NCBI RefSeq assembly: GCF_006345805.1
Contig: NC_043004.1
Span: 15,376,001-15,440,000 of the forward strand
Reading direction: 5' to 3'
From: Octopus sinensis
Lineage: Eukaryota
Length of the DNA: 64,000 nt
Below the pieces are notes generated by a model. That model worked only from the letters and a program-made list of their open reading frames with translations, was not told where the DNA came from and did not search any database. The position numbers were made by a program, and so were the translations under genes. Shown piece after piece: positions 27,976-40,712 of this stretch (within the stretch, counting starts at the first letter, position 1; the number at the start of each line of letters is the position of its first letter).

Positions 27976-28499
27976 GACATGGCTAAATTACTTTTCCTCC
28001 TCCTTCAGTCTCGAAGTAGAGTTCTGTCTACCAAAAGTTGATACTTGGTACCTATCAATTGTTGCACAGTTTCTGCTACAGTTCATTTCACATATGAAGC
28101 CGAGGTAACTACTAAAACTGTCAATGTACTCAGAATTCGCTGTGTTATTAGTAGCAGCACCAATGTATGCAACAGCAGTGTTGCAACAATAGTAGAAACG
28201 ATTAAAGTTTTTATCAACCCGAGTAGAGATTGTTAAAATTATAACTTTCAACGTTTACAGATAAAGGGATGAATACTATTTTTCTTCTTCATCAGAATGA
28301 AGTATCAGCATGTCTCCACTCATTCCCAGTTAGGTGCACACTGGCCAATAACATGATACCCTGGTGGACAGTATTATAAAAAGTGAGAAAAGCCTTGTCA
28401 CTGATTTTTTCCCCATTATTTTTCTTTGTTTAATACTTTTCCTTTTTTCTGTCTTTCTTCCCCTATTAGTCTGTCACATGACTTCCTAAATGAACAACC

Positions 28500-28950
28500 T
28501 GGCTTTGAAATTTGGCGGGAGGGTATTATTCGATTACATCGACCCCAGTGTTTCACTAAATTTATCGACTAAAAAAGGATGAAAGGCAAAGTCGATCTCA
28601 GCGGAATTTGAACTCAGAATGTAAGGACGGACGAAATGCTGTTAAGAATTTCGCCCAGCGTGCTAACGATTCTAACAGCTCACTGCCTTAATAATAATAT
28701 ATTCATAATAATCATAATAATAACAATAATAATATTAATGATAGTTTCCCATTTTGACACAGGATCAGCAACTTCGGGGAGGGACTAAGTCGATTACATC
28801 GACCCCAGTGCTCAACTTGTACTTTTTAATAGGCCCCGGGAGGATAAGAGGCAAAGTTGACTTTCCCAGTATTGGAACTGAGAGCGTAAATGAAGGCGAA
28901 ATGCGGCCAAACATCTTAGTCAGAATGCTAAAGATTCTGCCAACTCGCTA
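28500..28950 (-). mobile_element. Two SINE family A copies
   Basis: 28500-28688 and 28755-28950. Confidence 0.7.
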
Positions 28951-29781
28951 ATAATACCAGTAGAGCAATAGCAGCGACAATCATTATAATATTCTTACAG
29001 TATCCTTATTAAGCAGTGTTAATAAACAGTTACACATATAACGCGGTGGTTAAAACCTGAATAGGGGTAACTTTGCCATGCAACGAACATTTTACAACTT
29101 ATGTAAATGTTAGAAGAATAATAAGAATATGACAATCAACAACCAGATACGATTTTACATAGAACTGGAAGTACTTATCAGGGAACCCAAAACTATTCAA
29201 GTAGAAATGTCCATCTGTATAAGATGGGGGCTCTACTCTAATTCTCCCAATCTCTCTCTCTCTCTCTCTCTGTAATTCAAGGAATAAGGAGAAATAATAA
29301 TATTATTACATATTATTTCATATTGCATATTTAATTTAAATTTGTCCAACTTAGGTTTCTCCTGTATGGCTATCTTGTAATGTGGTTTCATTGCTCCCAA
29401 TTTGTTCTTCTGCTTAATGGTCTATGCAGCTTTATTGAATTTATTGAAGCTGTTGTACATTGTTGTAGTTTGAATCGATTTAAAATATGCTGGCTTAGGT
29501 AGTATTATGTTTGGTAAGAGACAATAATCTCTGAAAGCAATGACTTTGACGGGAACATTTAGAAACCTGATACGGTTATAAAAATGCGTTTTATTATCTT
29601 CTGTAAATATTCGGTAAACTGTTTTTAATTCAACAGAGCAAACCTATGATGGATGAATTAATACATCGAGATTGTATATCTCAAATTGTCTTAGGTTGTT
29701 CTTTACCATCCGATGCGGTTAGCCATAACTTGGATTATGAAGGAGTGCTTGAACGGTACTCGCCTTTTTATTGTATTATAA

Positions 29782-30160
29782 ACTAGCAGTATCGCCCGGC
29801 ATTGCTCGGTTTTGTTTTGACCCTTTAGAATTGGAATGTTTGAAAATTAAAAATGTTGCATTATGAAGCATGTTATTCTCTTTAAGTGAATATTTTACTG
29901 GTTTAAATACACCGAAAAATGGCAACACAACAGTAAAAAAATCATAAAAAATAGAGATTTTCATAGAAAAAAAGCACCCTTTTGATGTAAAATATTTTTG
30001 GTCTTAACATGCTCCAATTTGAATTTTTTCTTCCACAGAATGAAGAGCAAGCTTTCTTCTATTATACTCTCAATTTTGTTTAACTTGCGCCGCAGGCTCT
30101 TGGAGGAGATAGTGTTAGTTAAAGGCTATCAAACCTGCCATACACAGACAACTTAAGCTT
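29782..30160 (+). mobile_element. Non-autonomous Helitron-like element
   Basis: Starts ACTAGCAGTATCGCCCGGC...GCTCGG; ends acagacaacttaagcttTATA. Confidence 0.6.
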
Positions 30161-30559
30161 TATATATATATATATTTTATTTTTCACGCAATTTACGCAT
30201 GCTTGCACGCGTGGTTAACACAGTTCACGTCAAACAGATGACTGAGTAAAGTTCACTTTTCAATGCATGGGATAAGGCCTAAACAAACACATTATCGATT
30301 TTTGCACTTGCGAGATGAATTTCGGAACAGAAATAGCGCAGTTCAATTTTCATTCGCCTAAACTTTAAGTGACCCATTTTTGGTGGCTTTACGATTTTTT
30401 GGCTAGGAGGAGATGTGCCGGGAAGTTAAACACACAGGCATACACACATATACACACACAGACACACAAGTTGAGTTTTATATATATAGATTTTCGTAGC
30501 AGAAAGTCACGTAAGTGATCTAAATATCGAGTGTCTATATAAATGTTTCCTCCAGTTTT

Positions 30560-30800
30560 TATTAAAAGCCTGAGTTTTGTGAGCTCCATATATCGGGGTC
30601 CTCACCCATTCTAACTCGCATCGAATATGATCAGCAAGGTGTTGCGTTGATCCTTTCAGCCTTTTAATCAATTTGCATTGTATTTCAATGGGAATGGAGC
30701 AAGACTTACTCTTCCTCACCCTTTTCGCGTGCTTCTCTTGAGGTGTCTTCTTTCTGTTTTTGTGGGGTTGGTCTATTTCTTTTTCTTGCCTATCCAGCTG
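30560..30800 (-). pseudogene. Possible pogo/Tigger transposase N-terminal HTH remnant
   Basis: KRVRKSKSCSIPIEIQCKLIKRLK resembles the KRxxxxIxxxxKxxIIKRL psq/CENP-B N-terminus. Confidence 0.4.
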
Positions 30801-31884
30801 TGTACAGCAGGGTGCCATCATGTTTACATTCTGTTTGGTATTTATCGTCAGGAGGCAATCGAGAGCTGCGGTTGATTATGACGAGAGAAATAATGATTTG
30901 ACTTTCTAATCGGTTTATGTGAAGACAGACGAATGAACGAGTCAAAAGAAATAAGTCAAAAGAAATTCATTGAATGAAACCGTCAAAAATATCAAAGGAA
31001 AATATGAGCAAAATAAACAAACTTAACAAATGACAAAATATCAAGAGACCTTCGTCTTTCAAAGATTTTAATCACCTGAAAGTTGAAACATTTCAAGAGA
31101 AATAAAAAAATTAATTAAAAGCAAGAATTTACGCAAGGCTTCGGAAGTTGATCAGTTTTAACAAATTTAACAAAAATCATTAAATTTCAAAGAAATTCTG
31201 AAGAAAATCACAACAAAATTATAAGTTTGAAAAAATAATATCTTGAAAGAACATAAATGATAGATTTAGTTTTTTCGGAAAATATCTAACTTTAACTGGT
31301 TAGTGCGATATGATTTTGAAACCACTTTAACAAAATACGCCAGCCACATATGCAAAGTATGTTGACATTAGCACAAATGTGACAAAAATTTTTCAGAAAA
31401 AGGTTTTCTTTTTTTAAAGAATTTCAGACTTATTTCATTTCAAATAAACATCGTTGATATTAGATCTTTTTGTCAAGGACACCAGTTATTCTTAATTATT
31501 TGTGATTGTTGACACCATATTTGCAATTATATATTCATATTTTGGCATAAGGTCCTAAGTGCAGTTAAAAAAAATCTCTGGTTGGTGCAAATTACCAGAG
31601 ATTAATTTGTAGCGTAGATACCAAGAATCAATGCCAAAAATAAAACTATCATGAATAAATAGATGCAAAAATAAAATAATTTTCGGTTTGCAGCAGGGCT
31701 AATAATAGAGATGCAATAAAAGTGACTTGATATAGCCGCACCTAAAATATGTGTCATTAGAGTATTATATAATGTTTACTTACTATATTTATGTATAGTC
31801 GTTTTTTATTAACAATCGACAAAAGCAACTCAAGCTATTCAAGGGCTGAGAATTACTTGCATTGGAAATTATCAAACTTGATAA

Positions 31885-32069
31885 TGAGCAATTTTTTTCC
31901 TCTGTCTTCCCTTCTCGGGATCTTTCCTTCTCCTTTGTTTCCGACGAAGAGCTCCGCTCGAAACGTTAAACCCTCCTTTTTCCCTTCTTTCCTGAGCGTC
32001 CAATAATACTATGTTTGTTCCACGTCCTCGCGTTGCTGTGTTTTTTTGTGTTTTCTTGTTTGGATTAAC

Positions 32070-32070
<1 letters not shown>
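31885..32070 (+). mobile_element. PLE-type terminal repeat with minimal hammerhead (same family as 55463-55670)
   Basis: Near reverse complement of 55463-55670; hammerhead motif at 31937-31971. Confidence 0.7.
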
Positions 32071-32112
<42 letters not shown>

Positions 32113-32116
<4 letters not shown>

Positions 32117-32541
32117 CATAAGTTTTGTATTCTATTTTCCTCTTTGGATCACCAAACGTATTTATGTATATTTCCATCTCTAGAGCTTTATCACGTCTGA
32201 AACTCCTCCCTCGATTCCTTCTGCCACTTTCTAATTTTGGCCAGTCGTGGTCATGTTGGCCCCATGTATCACGTGAGGTCATCTCGCTAGCTTATCTTTG
32301 GTCGGGCACTTGATATTGTCTATTACCTTGGTATTCCTTCTTGGATATAGTTATTTTATATTTTTATTCATGTGCTTTTAGAGGTACTCGCCTTTAATAT
32401 GATGTGTGATGTTTAAGTTCTAAGATATTTTCCTAGAAATCCTAAGTTATCACTTGCGATTTGTATATTAATCCCTTCTGTTCGTCTCAGACACATAACA
32501 AAATATATTACTCAAACTTCATTCTTATAAAGTATTATTAG

Positions 32542-32631
<90 letters not shown>

Positions 32632-33056
32632 CATAAGTTTTGTATTCTATTTTCCTCTTTGGATCACCAAACGTATTTATGTATATTTCCATCTCTAGAG
32701 CTTTATCACGTCTGAAACTCCTCCCTCGATTCCTTCTGCCACTTTCTAATTTTGGCCAGTCGTGGTCATGTTGGCCCCATGTATCACGTGAGGTCATCTC
32801 GCTAGCTTATCTTTGGTCGGGCACTTGATATTGTCTATTACCTTGGTATTCCTTCTTGGATATAGTTATTTTATATTTTTATTCATGTGCTTTTAGAGGT
32901 ACTCGCCTTTAATATGATGTGTGATGTTTAAGTTCTAAGATATTTTCCTAGAAATCCTAAGTTATCACTTGCGATTTGTATATTAATCCCTTCTGTTCGT
33001 CTCAGACACATAACAAAATATATTACTCAAACTTCATTCTTATAAAGTATTATTAG

Positions 33057-33058
<2 letters not shown>
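32113..33058. repeat. Tandem duplication, period 515 bp
   Basis: 32113-32543 and 32628-33058 show no differences by eye. Confidence 0.95.
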
Positions 33059-33139
<81 letters not shown>

Positions 33140-33409
33140 ATGTATATATATATAATATATATATATGTGTATGTATATATATATAAATATATATTTTGTG
33201 AAATAGAAAGATGAATAATCTTGTTGCAGATTAATCAAAAGTTTAACCGATACCTTGGTAGCAAAAATCACAGCAGAAGACAGCACGGTTGGAGGTACAA
33301 CCATATGGTGTTGCAACCATGCGTTGGTGCGGATAATTGAATTTTAATATTATTAGTGAATTGAAGAAATGGAGTTGAACGAAGATTGAACAGAAATCGT
33401 TTTATTGCA

Positions 33410-33489
33410 TTCTACACGTGTTTCGAAAGCCACAATTTACCAAATTCCGATTGAATAAGGAGACCATATTGTGTCTTTCTCTTCAGGAA
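33410..33489 (-). ncRNA. Type I hammerhead ribozyme, mirror copy
   Basis: Exact inverted copy of 33619-33698. Confidence 0.7.
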
Positions 33490-33618
33490 GAAAATATGAA
33501 ATCCGTTGGAAAAAACAAAAACAGAACAGAGGCGGAGCAAAACAAATCGAACGAGGCTCCTAAGAGCCCATGGCCAAACTGTTCTGTTTTTGTTTTTTCC
33601 AACGGATTTCATATTTTC

Positions 33619-33698
33619 TTCCTGAAGAGAAAGACACAATATGGTCTCCTTATTCAATCGGAATTTGGTAAATTGTGGCTTTCGAAACACGTGTAGAA
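33619..33698 (+). ncRNA. Type I hammerhead ribozyme, canonical core
   Basis: TTC-CTGAAGA-GAAAGACACAAT...ATTGTGGCTTTC-GAA-ACACGTGT-A-GAA; predicted cleavage after UA at 33695. Confidence 0.7.
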
Positions 33699-33757
33699 TG
33701 CAATAAAACGATTTCTGTTCAATCTTCGTTCAACTCCATTTCTTCAATTCACTAATA

Positions 33758-33797
<40 letters not shown>

Positions 33798-33942
33798 AAC
33801 TCTAGATAAAGCTCTCTATATATAAAGCTCTAGAGATGGAAATGTACATAGATACGTTTGGTGATCCAAAGAGGAAAATAGAACACAAAACTTATATATA
33901 TATATATATAAAATAAGGGGAAAAGAAAGATTCTAATGACAA

Positions 33943-34088
33943 ATATGCCGAAAAAGACAAAATTGTCAATAACCATTATAATTTAAGCGTCTCGAAACAA
34001 GCCGATAGAAATTTCTTAAAAAATTCGTTATTACTGTATTGGTCCCAATTTCGGGGTTATTTGACAATTTTTGTCTTTTTCGGCATAT
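33943..34088. repeat. Small foldback element with ~33-bp inverted ends
   Basis: atatgccgaaaaagacaaaattgtcaataacc ... ggttatttgacaatttttgtctttttcggcatat. Confidence 0.8.
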
Positions 34089-34097
34089 ACATATATA

Positions 34098-34783
34098 GTG
34101 TCAGGTCACTTTTGTGTGCTACTGGTAACATGTAACCCTGTACAACCTGTTGTATGGTCGGGCCATCGGCGACTAAACCGTTAACCCCACGAAGCTTGCT
34201 TGGTGAGGAAGGTGTTTATCGGTCACCCTGCGGGATGAAAAACAAAACCCGTCAAAGGGCGGAGGAACTCTTGGGAGTCAACGGCCATTCAATAAATGTG
34301 TGAGGACCTAGAAATACCGGGTATGGTGCCCAGGCGCGCAGAAAGCCTACCAGGGTGGATCAGACCCTTTAGTGTTGACTCTGAAAACTGATCTACGAGA
34401 CGAAACACTCTTACAAGAAAATCCTGCATTCGTTTTATCATCTGACGTGTGGCACACCGTGCACCTGTACAGACCATGTTAATTCGATGGAGAGAGTGTG
34501 CTTTGTTCGATGGAGAGAGTGTGCCGGTTGTTCAGTAAACCATTTTCACTCAATAACACCTGAGGTTTGGCGCATCGATGTGCGCTTTTTTGCTGGGGGC
34601 GGGGTAGCTGTCTACTCTAGAAGACATTTTGAACCCACGAATACATGCAAATGTACCATTTGCGAGAAAGTGTGCAAGACATATGCTGGATTTAAAGTAC
34701 AGATGCGGTGTCACAAGGCTTAGGAATTGTTGAAGGTTAGTTACTGAACCCTCATTCATCGTCTTCGATGAGAGAATCCACCA
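34098..34783 (+). mobile_element. Internally deleted (non-autonomous) RTE-type LINE
   Basis: 5'-UTR-like segment joined to the ORF end CTICEKVCKTYAGFKVQMRCHKA* (RTE C-terminal Zn-finger-like) and an RTE-like 3' end catcgtcttcgatgagagaatcc. Confidence 0.65.
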
Positions 34784-34784
34784 C

Positions 34785-34842
<58 letters not shown>

Positions 34843-34975
34843 AGTGAGTCGGAAATCGAAAGAAGGGCATTCAACATATCTATGGGAATTACGAGTATGG
34901 ATCAAAACAGTTTGATTCAGACTCTAATGGCCGTAAACTAGCGACACCCTTGAAACTCAGAGTACCAAGGAGTTT

Positions 34976-35011
<36 letters not shown>

Positions 35012-36129
35012 ACACTGGTGAATATAAAAAACTGGAAATACGCTCTTTTACTAAGGCTAAAGATGCGAATGGAATGATGAAAAATTAGCTGTACTTTAGA
35101 ACAGAGAATTGCGATATCTGTATTCTATCTCGAGACAGGGATATTTACCTTAATTCTTGTTCCTTAAATTATTCGTTAGTTTACATTTCTATATTTTTAT
35201 ACACGTGTAATCTGTAAGGTTCTATGTCAACGACCTTATATACTGGTATTCTTTCTTTCCAAATCAAATAAAATATTTTCTCACTCATAATAATCAGCAG
35301 TTTTCATAGTTTCAGCATCTATTAAAGATGAATTCTGACATCATAATACGATACCAAACTATTTTAGTTATCCATTACGGAGGTGGTATCATATATTAGT
35401 CATTTGTAGAAGCCATTAAATTCCATCTCGAATTATATCACTGGTGGCAAATATATGTAGACAAGTCAATTCAGATGTTGAAATTTGCGTATTAGCTTGT
35501 ATTTAAGCATAAGACAAAGGCATTCACGCGATAGCAACACTTACATTCATCTGGTTACCTATTGTAATCTGTCAACAAGTCTAGCCACAATTATAACAAA
35601 CAGATTATTGAATGCAACTATGAAAAAAAGTAAATTATTGCAATAATGGGAACAACACTTCCAAAGACAATACTTTAGAAAATGCCTTGGATGAACAGAA
35701 AAAAAAAAGCACTTTTAAATTGTTTTCTATAGAAATTGTAATTAGCGGGACGACAGCAGATGTTAATCGCTTCTGAATTAGCTCGTAAAGATAACATAAT
35801 GAATCCTTGAGAGACGTGAAGAATGTCGAAGTCTGCAATGATATCTGAAGAAAGCGAATAAAACAGAGTGAGAATATAGTAATTATCATGGCAAAAAATG
35901 TCTCGTAGTAGTATTGTAAGGCAGTTCTTGTTGTCAGATGTTTGAGTGTGAATGCGTGATATAAAAAAAAAGGGAAAGAGACAGAGAAACATAGGAAGAA
36001 ATGTATGATGTAAACCGCTTCGAATTTTCTCACTTGTAAATTCTCTTAAAATGTTACGGATTACACAAGTGAAAATAATTAGAACGTCATGTGTTTGTGT
36101 TTGAGTGAGTGTGTACGCATAGACATGTG

Positions 36130-36209
<80 letters not shown>

Positions 36210-36557
36210 TGTGTGTGTGTGTGTGTGTATCCGTTTACCAGGAGCGGGTGAAAGATATATACAAACACACGCACGCAATAAATACATAGATATATATACA
36301 AAAACATATCATGAGAGGAACTTTCATGCGCACGCTTGTTTTATATCACTATCGAGGAGAAAAATCCCCTCCAACTCTACCGCTAAGCCCACCAGATCCC
36401 GTGATTTCGATATTCCTTGTTCTCATCAGTCATGGAGGCTCGACCGCTAGAGGTAGCAGTGACTCACTTTCACGCCGGCGATATATAGAAAATATTCCCT
36501 AGAACAGACACTGGTGTAGCGATTAGCAAGTGACTTTGTTAAAAAAAAATACATTAG

Positions 36558-36575
36558 TGACGTCAATATGCAAAT
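36558..36575. promoter_or_regulatory. Adjacent CRE (TGACGTCA) and octamer (ATGCAAAT) motifs in a CpG-enriched unique segment
   Basis: Exact motif matches 2 bp apart; function untested. Confidence 0.25.
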
Positions 36576-36929
36576 ATACCGCGGGGTAATATTTATTTTC
36601 ACTTAAACGTGGATGTTCTATTGCAACATATTGTAGTGCGGCAGATAACTTCAGAGAAATTCTCATATAGGCTTTTGGTATAAAATGCAAGCTTGTTTTA
36701 CGTTGCAATCGAGGATATAAATCCCCTCTAACGCCAGCACCGAGACCACCGAAACACATGATTTTGCCCATCCTTGCTCTGATTGATGATGACTGCTCTA
36801 CCGCTACAGATAACAGCGACTGATCTCTCCGCTAGTGATATATGTGTGTACATATATACATGTATTTATGTACACGCACATGTGTTGGACAGGTAAGTAG
36901 GTTTCTTGCATATGTTTCTAACTACGTCT

Positions 36930-37145
36930 CTCTCTTTTTACTCTCTTTTACCTGTTTCAGTTATTTGACTGTGACCATGCTGGAGCACCGCCTTTAGTCA
37001 AGCAAATCGACCCCAGGACTTATTCTTTGTAAGCCTAGTACTTATTCTGTCGGACACTTTTGTCGAACCGCTATATTACGAGGACGTAAACACACCTCCA
37101 TCGGTAGTCAAGCGATCTTGGGGGGGATAAACACAGACATACAAA

Positions 37146-37222
<77 letters not shown>

Positions 37223-37392
37223 CATACATATATGCGACGGGCTTCTTTCAGTTTTTGTCTACCATATCTACTCACAAGGCTTTGATCGGCCCGAGGCTAT
37301 AGTAGAGGACACTTGCCGAAGGTGTCACGCAGTGGGAATGAACCCAGAACCATGCGGTTGGTAAGCAAGCTACTTACGACACAGCCACTCCT
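36930..37392 (-). mobile_element. SINE family B, full length
   Basis: Head GGAGTGGCTGTGTCGTAAG..GGTTCATTCCC, CORE-like block, internal microsatellite, (AGAGTAAA)-type tail. Confidence 0.85.
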
Positions 37393-39019
37393 GTGTGTAT
37401 GATATCTACATTATAGTTGATTTTGTCCTCCGAGATTAACAAGAATATATATTTTTCAGATTCTTGGTAGCGTATTACAGAGACATTGGATTAAGCGTGT
37501 CCTATGCTTAATCTTAAATCATTTATTCGCAATTTCCTCACAATCACAGATTCTAATTCTTCTCTGCTTCTGTCACATATCCCTGCATCTCTTTATACTT
37601 ACCTAGTCACTTCTCTAATATTTGCTCACAAGACACTTGCGTCCAACATGATTCCAATCAACCTTTCCTAGACGCAAAATTTGTGCTCCATCCACAGTGC
37701 AAGTCATAGCGTCTCTACACAGTTACATATACCTAACACCTTCTGTTCTGATTATTCAGAACGCAGCTTAGTTAACTTCATCATGTCATGCTACACTTGG
37801 AAGGTAATTGCACAATCCAAATCAATACTATTATCCATGTTCTTTCCTTTTTAATACAATTCACTTACGTTTTTTTTTACCCATCTTTTGTTCAACAGAA
37901 ATGTTAAATTTGATGAGAATGATATACAAAACCACTAAGAGGAGCTGAGTACTAGGGATTCGCTACGCATAAGTTGCAATTCAGTCCGAGTTCAAGTAAT
38001 CAACGCAACCTCTATCCTATTATCCGAACATTTTCGAGTATCAGTAATAACTGTGAGAGTAAATCTTCCTCTGTTTTCCATAGGTCTCTTCAAAGGTCGG
38101 TGACAAACTATCGGGTTTTTCGGCGGTTGGCAGCAAGTAATTCCACATGGATACACAAGAGCCAACCACCAGCGATAAGTCGGGAAACGGCGAAATAGCG
38201 ATTTTTTGGCGACTGTAGAACGGCACACAGACCTCCCCACTAGTCTGATTTTCATCTATAAATGAGGTGCAATGGAGCAGCAGTATCACTCAAGTGCATG
38301 CAGCCGACCATCTGCCTCAACGGTGGGAGCGAGTGACATGTGACACCCAAATACAATATGCTCTTCACGATTCTGGAAGTATGTGGACGGTGGAAAGCAA
38401 TGGGATAACATACAAGGCTCAGACAGAAGAGTAGACGGCCGGATATTCCTCTAACCCAGGCTGAGCTTCCATTCATCGGAGGCAAGAGTGTTTTGAGTCT
38501 TTGAGATGCAACTTTTCATTGCATTCTGAACGCTTCTGGGTTGTGGAAGACATCTTGCGTATGGTGGCCAATACGCGCTAGATGTCGGTTGGCGGCGGCA
38601 GACGGTGAAGGTAGGGTGGATACCACAAACGAAGGCAGCAGAGCTGTGCGGTGAAATGGTGATGTCATTTACCTACAGGAAGACGGATTGTGCGGTAGAG
38701 GAGGAGCCAGTTGACCTGCATACGGGTAGTACGCAAGCAGGTGCACTACAGATCCTGCTCGCTGAGGAAAGTTCGTAGTCTAGTATTACATATTCCACAA
38801 ATACGCCGCTAAAGTATATTTTTTAAGAAGATTTAGCCGGCATTTTCAACAGGTTGAAAAACCACCTACACCATCCACTGTGTGTGAAGCTTGTATGTGA
38901 AATGTGCAGAATATATTGTAGTAGTATAAGGACACCCAAATTCAATATTTCGTTTTCGCTGCGAAACCAATGAATTATAATTATTTCCACTGGTTTCTGT
39001 TAAAAATTGATTAAAAACT

Positions 39020-39790
39020 GGTTATAAATAATTAAAAGCAGTGTATGGTAATTTGGGAAGAATGAATAATGACATGATTAGCTCTAGAAAAGTTGTGCGG
39101 CTAGACATAAACGAGTCACCTGGCATACTGATGAACTTCAGTGTCATTCTTTGATGCAAGTATTTCAGCACAGCATTTTGCTTGAGGATGACTACATCGC
39201 CTGCGACAAGTTTCAGATGAGCTGGATAGAGATGTGGGTACTTCTCTTCCACCGTGATGCAGAGGTGAAATCTTGAACTAATGATTTTTTAAAAATGCCT
39301 GTAGTAAAGTACTTGGATTTTATGTGTGAATTTATGTATGTAAAAAATGGGTAGTTATATGTATTTATATTGAACGTATGTTCTTTTATAGTAGAAGACG
39401 ATGCAGGTACCATACATACAGCCATTATAGAAAACTCAGAGGTAGCAGAATTTGGTTAAGTAATAATGATTCACTGACCAACATCTCCATCAGCTCCTCT
39501 AGACAAGCAAATTAGGTTTTAAAAGAATAGTTGTTCGCACTGCTTCCAGTGATATTAGGAACGTTTGTTTACATACATCCTTAATATATTTACATATTTA
39601 TCCTTAATACGTCTAGGAACGCTCGGACGCAAAATATGCTGGTCGTTGTAGTGTAAGTCACAGGAAAAGGATTTCTCCCTTTTAGTCAACAATGTGTTCA
39701 ACACATTTGTTGCATCATCCACACGCGTCATTCTGGGGCAAGAGTATTTTGTTATTGTTTGGCAGATATAGGAAGCGATCAGACACAATT
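39020..39790 (-). pseudogene. Decayed PIF1-family helicase (Helitron RepHel) fragment
   Basis: CPRMTRVDDATNVLNTLL..EKSFSCD then PAHLKLVAGDVVILKQN and FILPKLP, in the order of the ILxPxN..D...PPHxLxLKVGxxxxLLRN...LIPRI motifs. Confidence 0.45.
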
Positions 39791-40014
39791 CTCTGTGCTG
39801 AAAGCTTAAATAGAGCCAGTGACTTTGGCTAGTCGCACAGTTCCGCTTACTTCTGGCTCACGAGACACAAGTCGAAACACTGGTCTGCTAGAATGATGTG
39901 CGTCGAATACACAGTTCTCTTAAAACGGAGAACTTATTCTCCTAACATATACGCTACAGTACCCAGAATCTTTTGCGGATGAACATGACTACACCTTTTA
40001 AGAATAGAAATCTT

Positions 40015-40712
40015 TTATCCTTTACTTTTTTCAGTCAGTTTCTGATGCAGCCTTGCTGGGGCACCGCTTGAAGAGTTTTAGTTGATCAAATCAAAGCCCA
40101 AGGATTTAGTTTGTTTTAGCCTGTTACTTACTCTATCGGTTCCCTCTGGTGAAGCGCTAAATCACGGAGACGCAAACACACCAACACCGGTTGTCAAGAG
40201 ATAGTAGGGGAAAACACAGACATTCACAAATATATATATATATATATGGAGGCGCAATGGCCCAGTGGTTAGGGCAGCGGACTCGCGGTCGTAGGATCAC
40301 CGTTTCGTTTTCCAGACCGGGCGATGTGAGTGTTTATTGAGCGAAAACACCTAAAGCTCCACGAGGCTACGGCAGAGGGTGGTGGCAGTCTCTGCTGTAC
40401 TCTTTCGCCACAACTTTCTCTCACTCCTTCTTCTGTTGGCCTGCTCGCTTAGCCAGCGGGGTGGCGTCATTTGAAGCCTAAAACATTGCGAAGCGCATTG
40501 TAACCAGCGATGTGTAGCAACATCTGATAGCTTGGCCGGTCACAGTGATATATATATATACGACGGGATTCTCTTAGTTTCCCTCTATCAAATTTTCTCA
40601 CCAGACTTTGGTCGGCCCGAGGTTATAATGGAAGACACTTGCCCATGGTGCCACGCAGTCTGACTGAACTCGGAACTAGGTGGTTAGGAAGCAAGCTTCT
40701 TACCACACATCC
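40015..40712 (-). mobile_element. SINE family B copy split by SINE family E
   Basis: Tail at 40015-40225, head at 40560-40712. Confidence 0.75.
40248..40550 (+). mobile_element. tRNA-derived SINE, family E
   Basis: A box TGGCCCAGTGG and degenerate B box; inserted in (TA)n. Confidence 0.7.

Larger units (their letters stand above)
33347..33761. repeat. Perfect inverted repeat, 183-bp arms, 49-bp spacer
   Basis: 33347-33529 is the exact reverse complement of 33579-33761. Confidence 0.97.

Noticed and set aside
33412-33696. Mirror 92-aa ORFs on opposite strands
   Set aside because: Consequence of the palindrome; no recognisable protein.
35635-36033. 132-aa hydrophobic ORF as a membrane protein
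   Set aside because: T-rich strand bias explains the F/L/I content; no splice or motif support.
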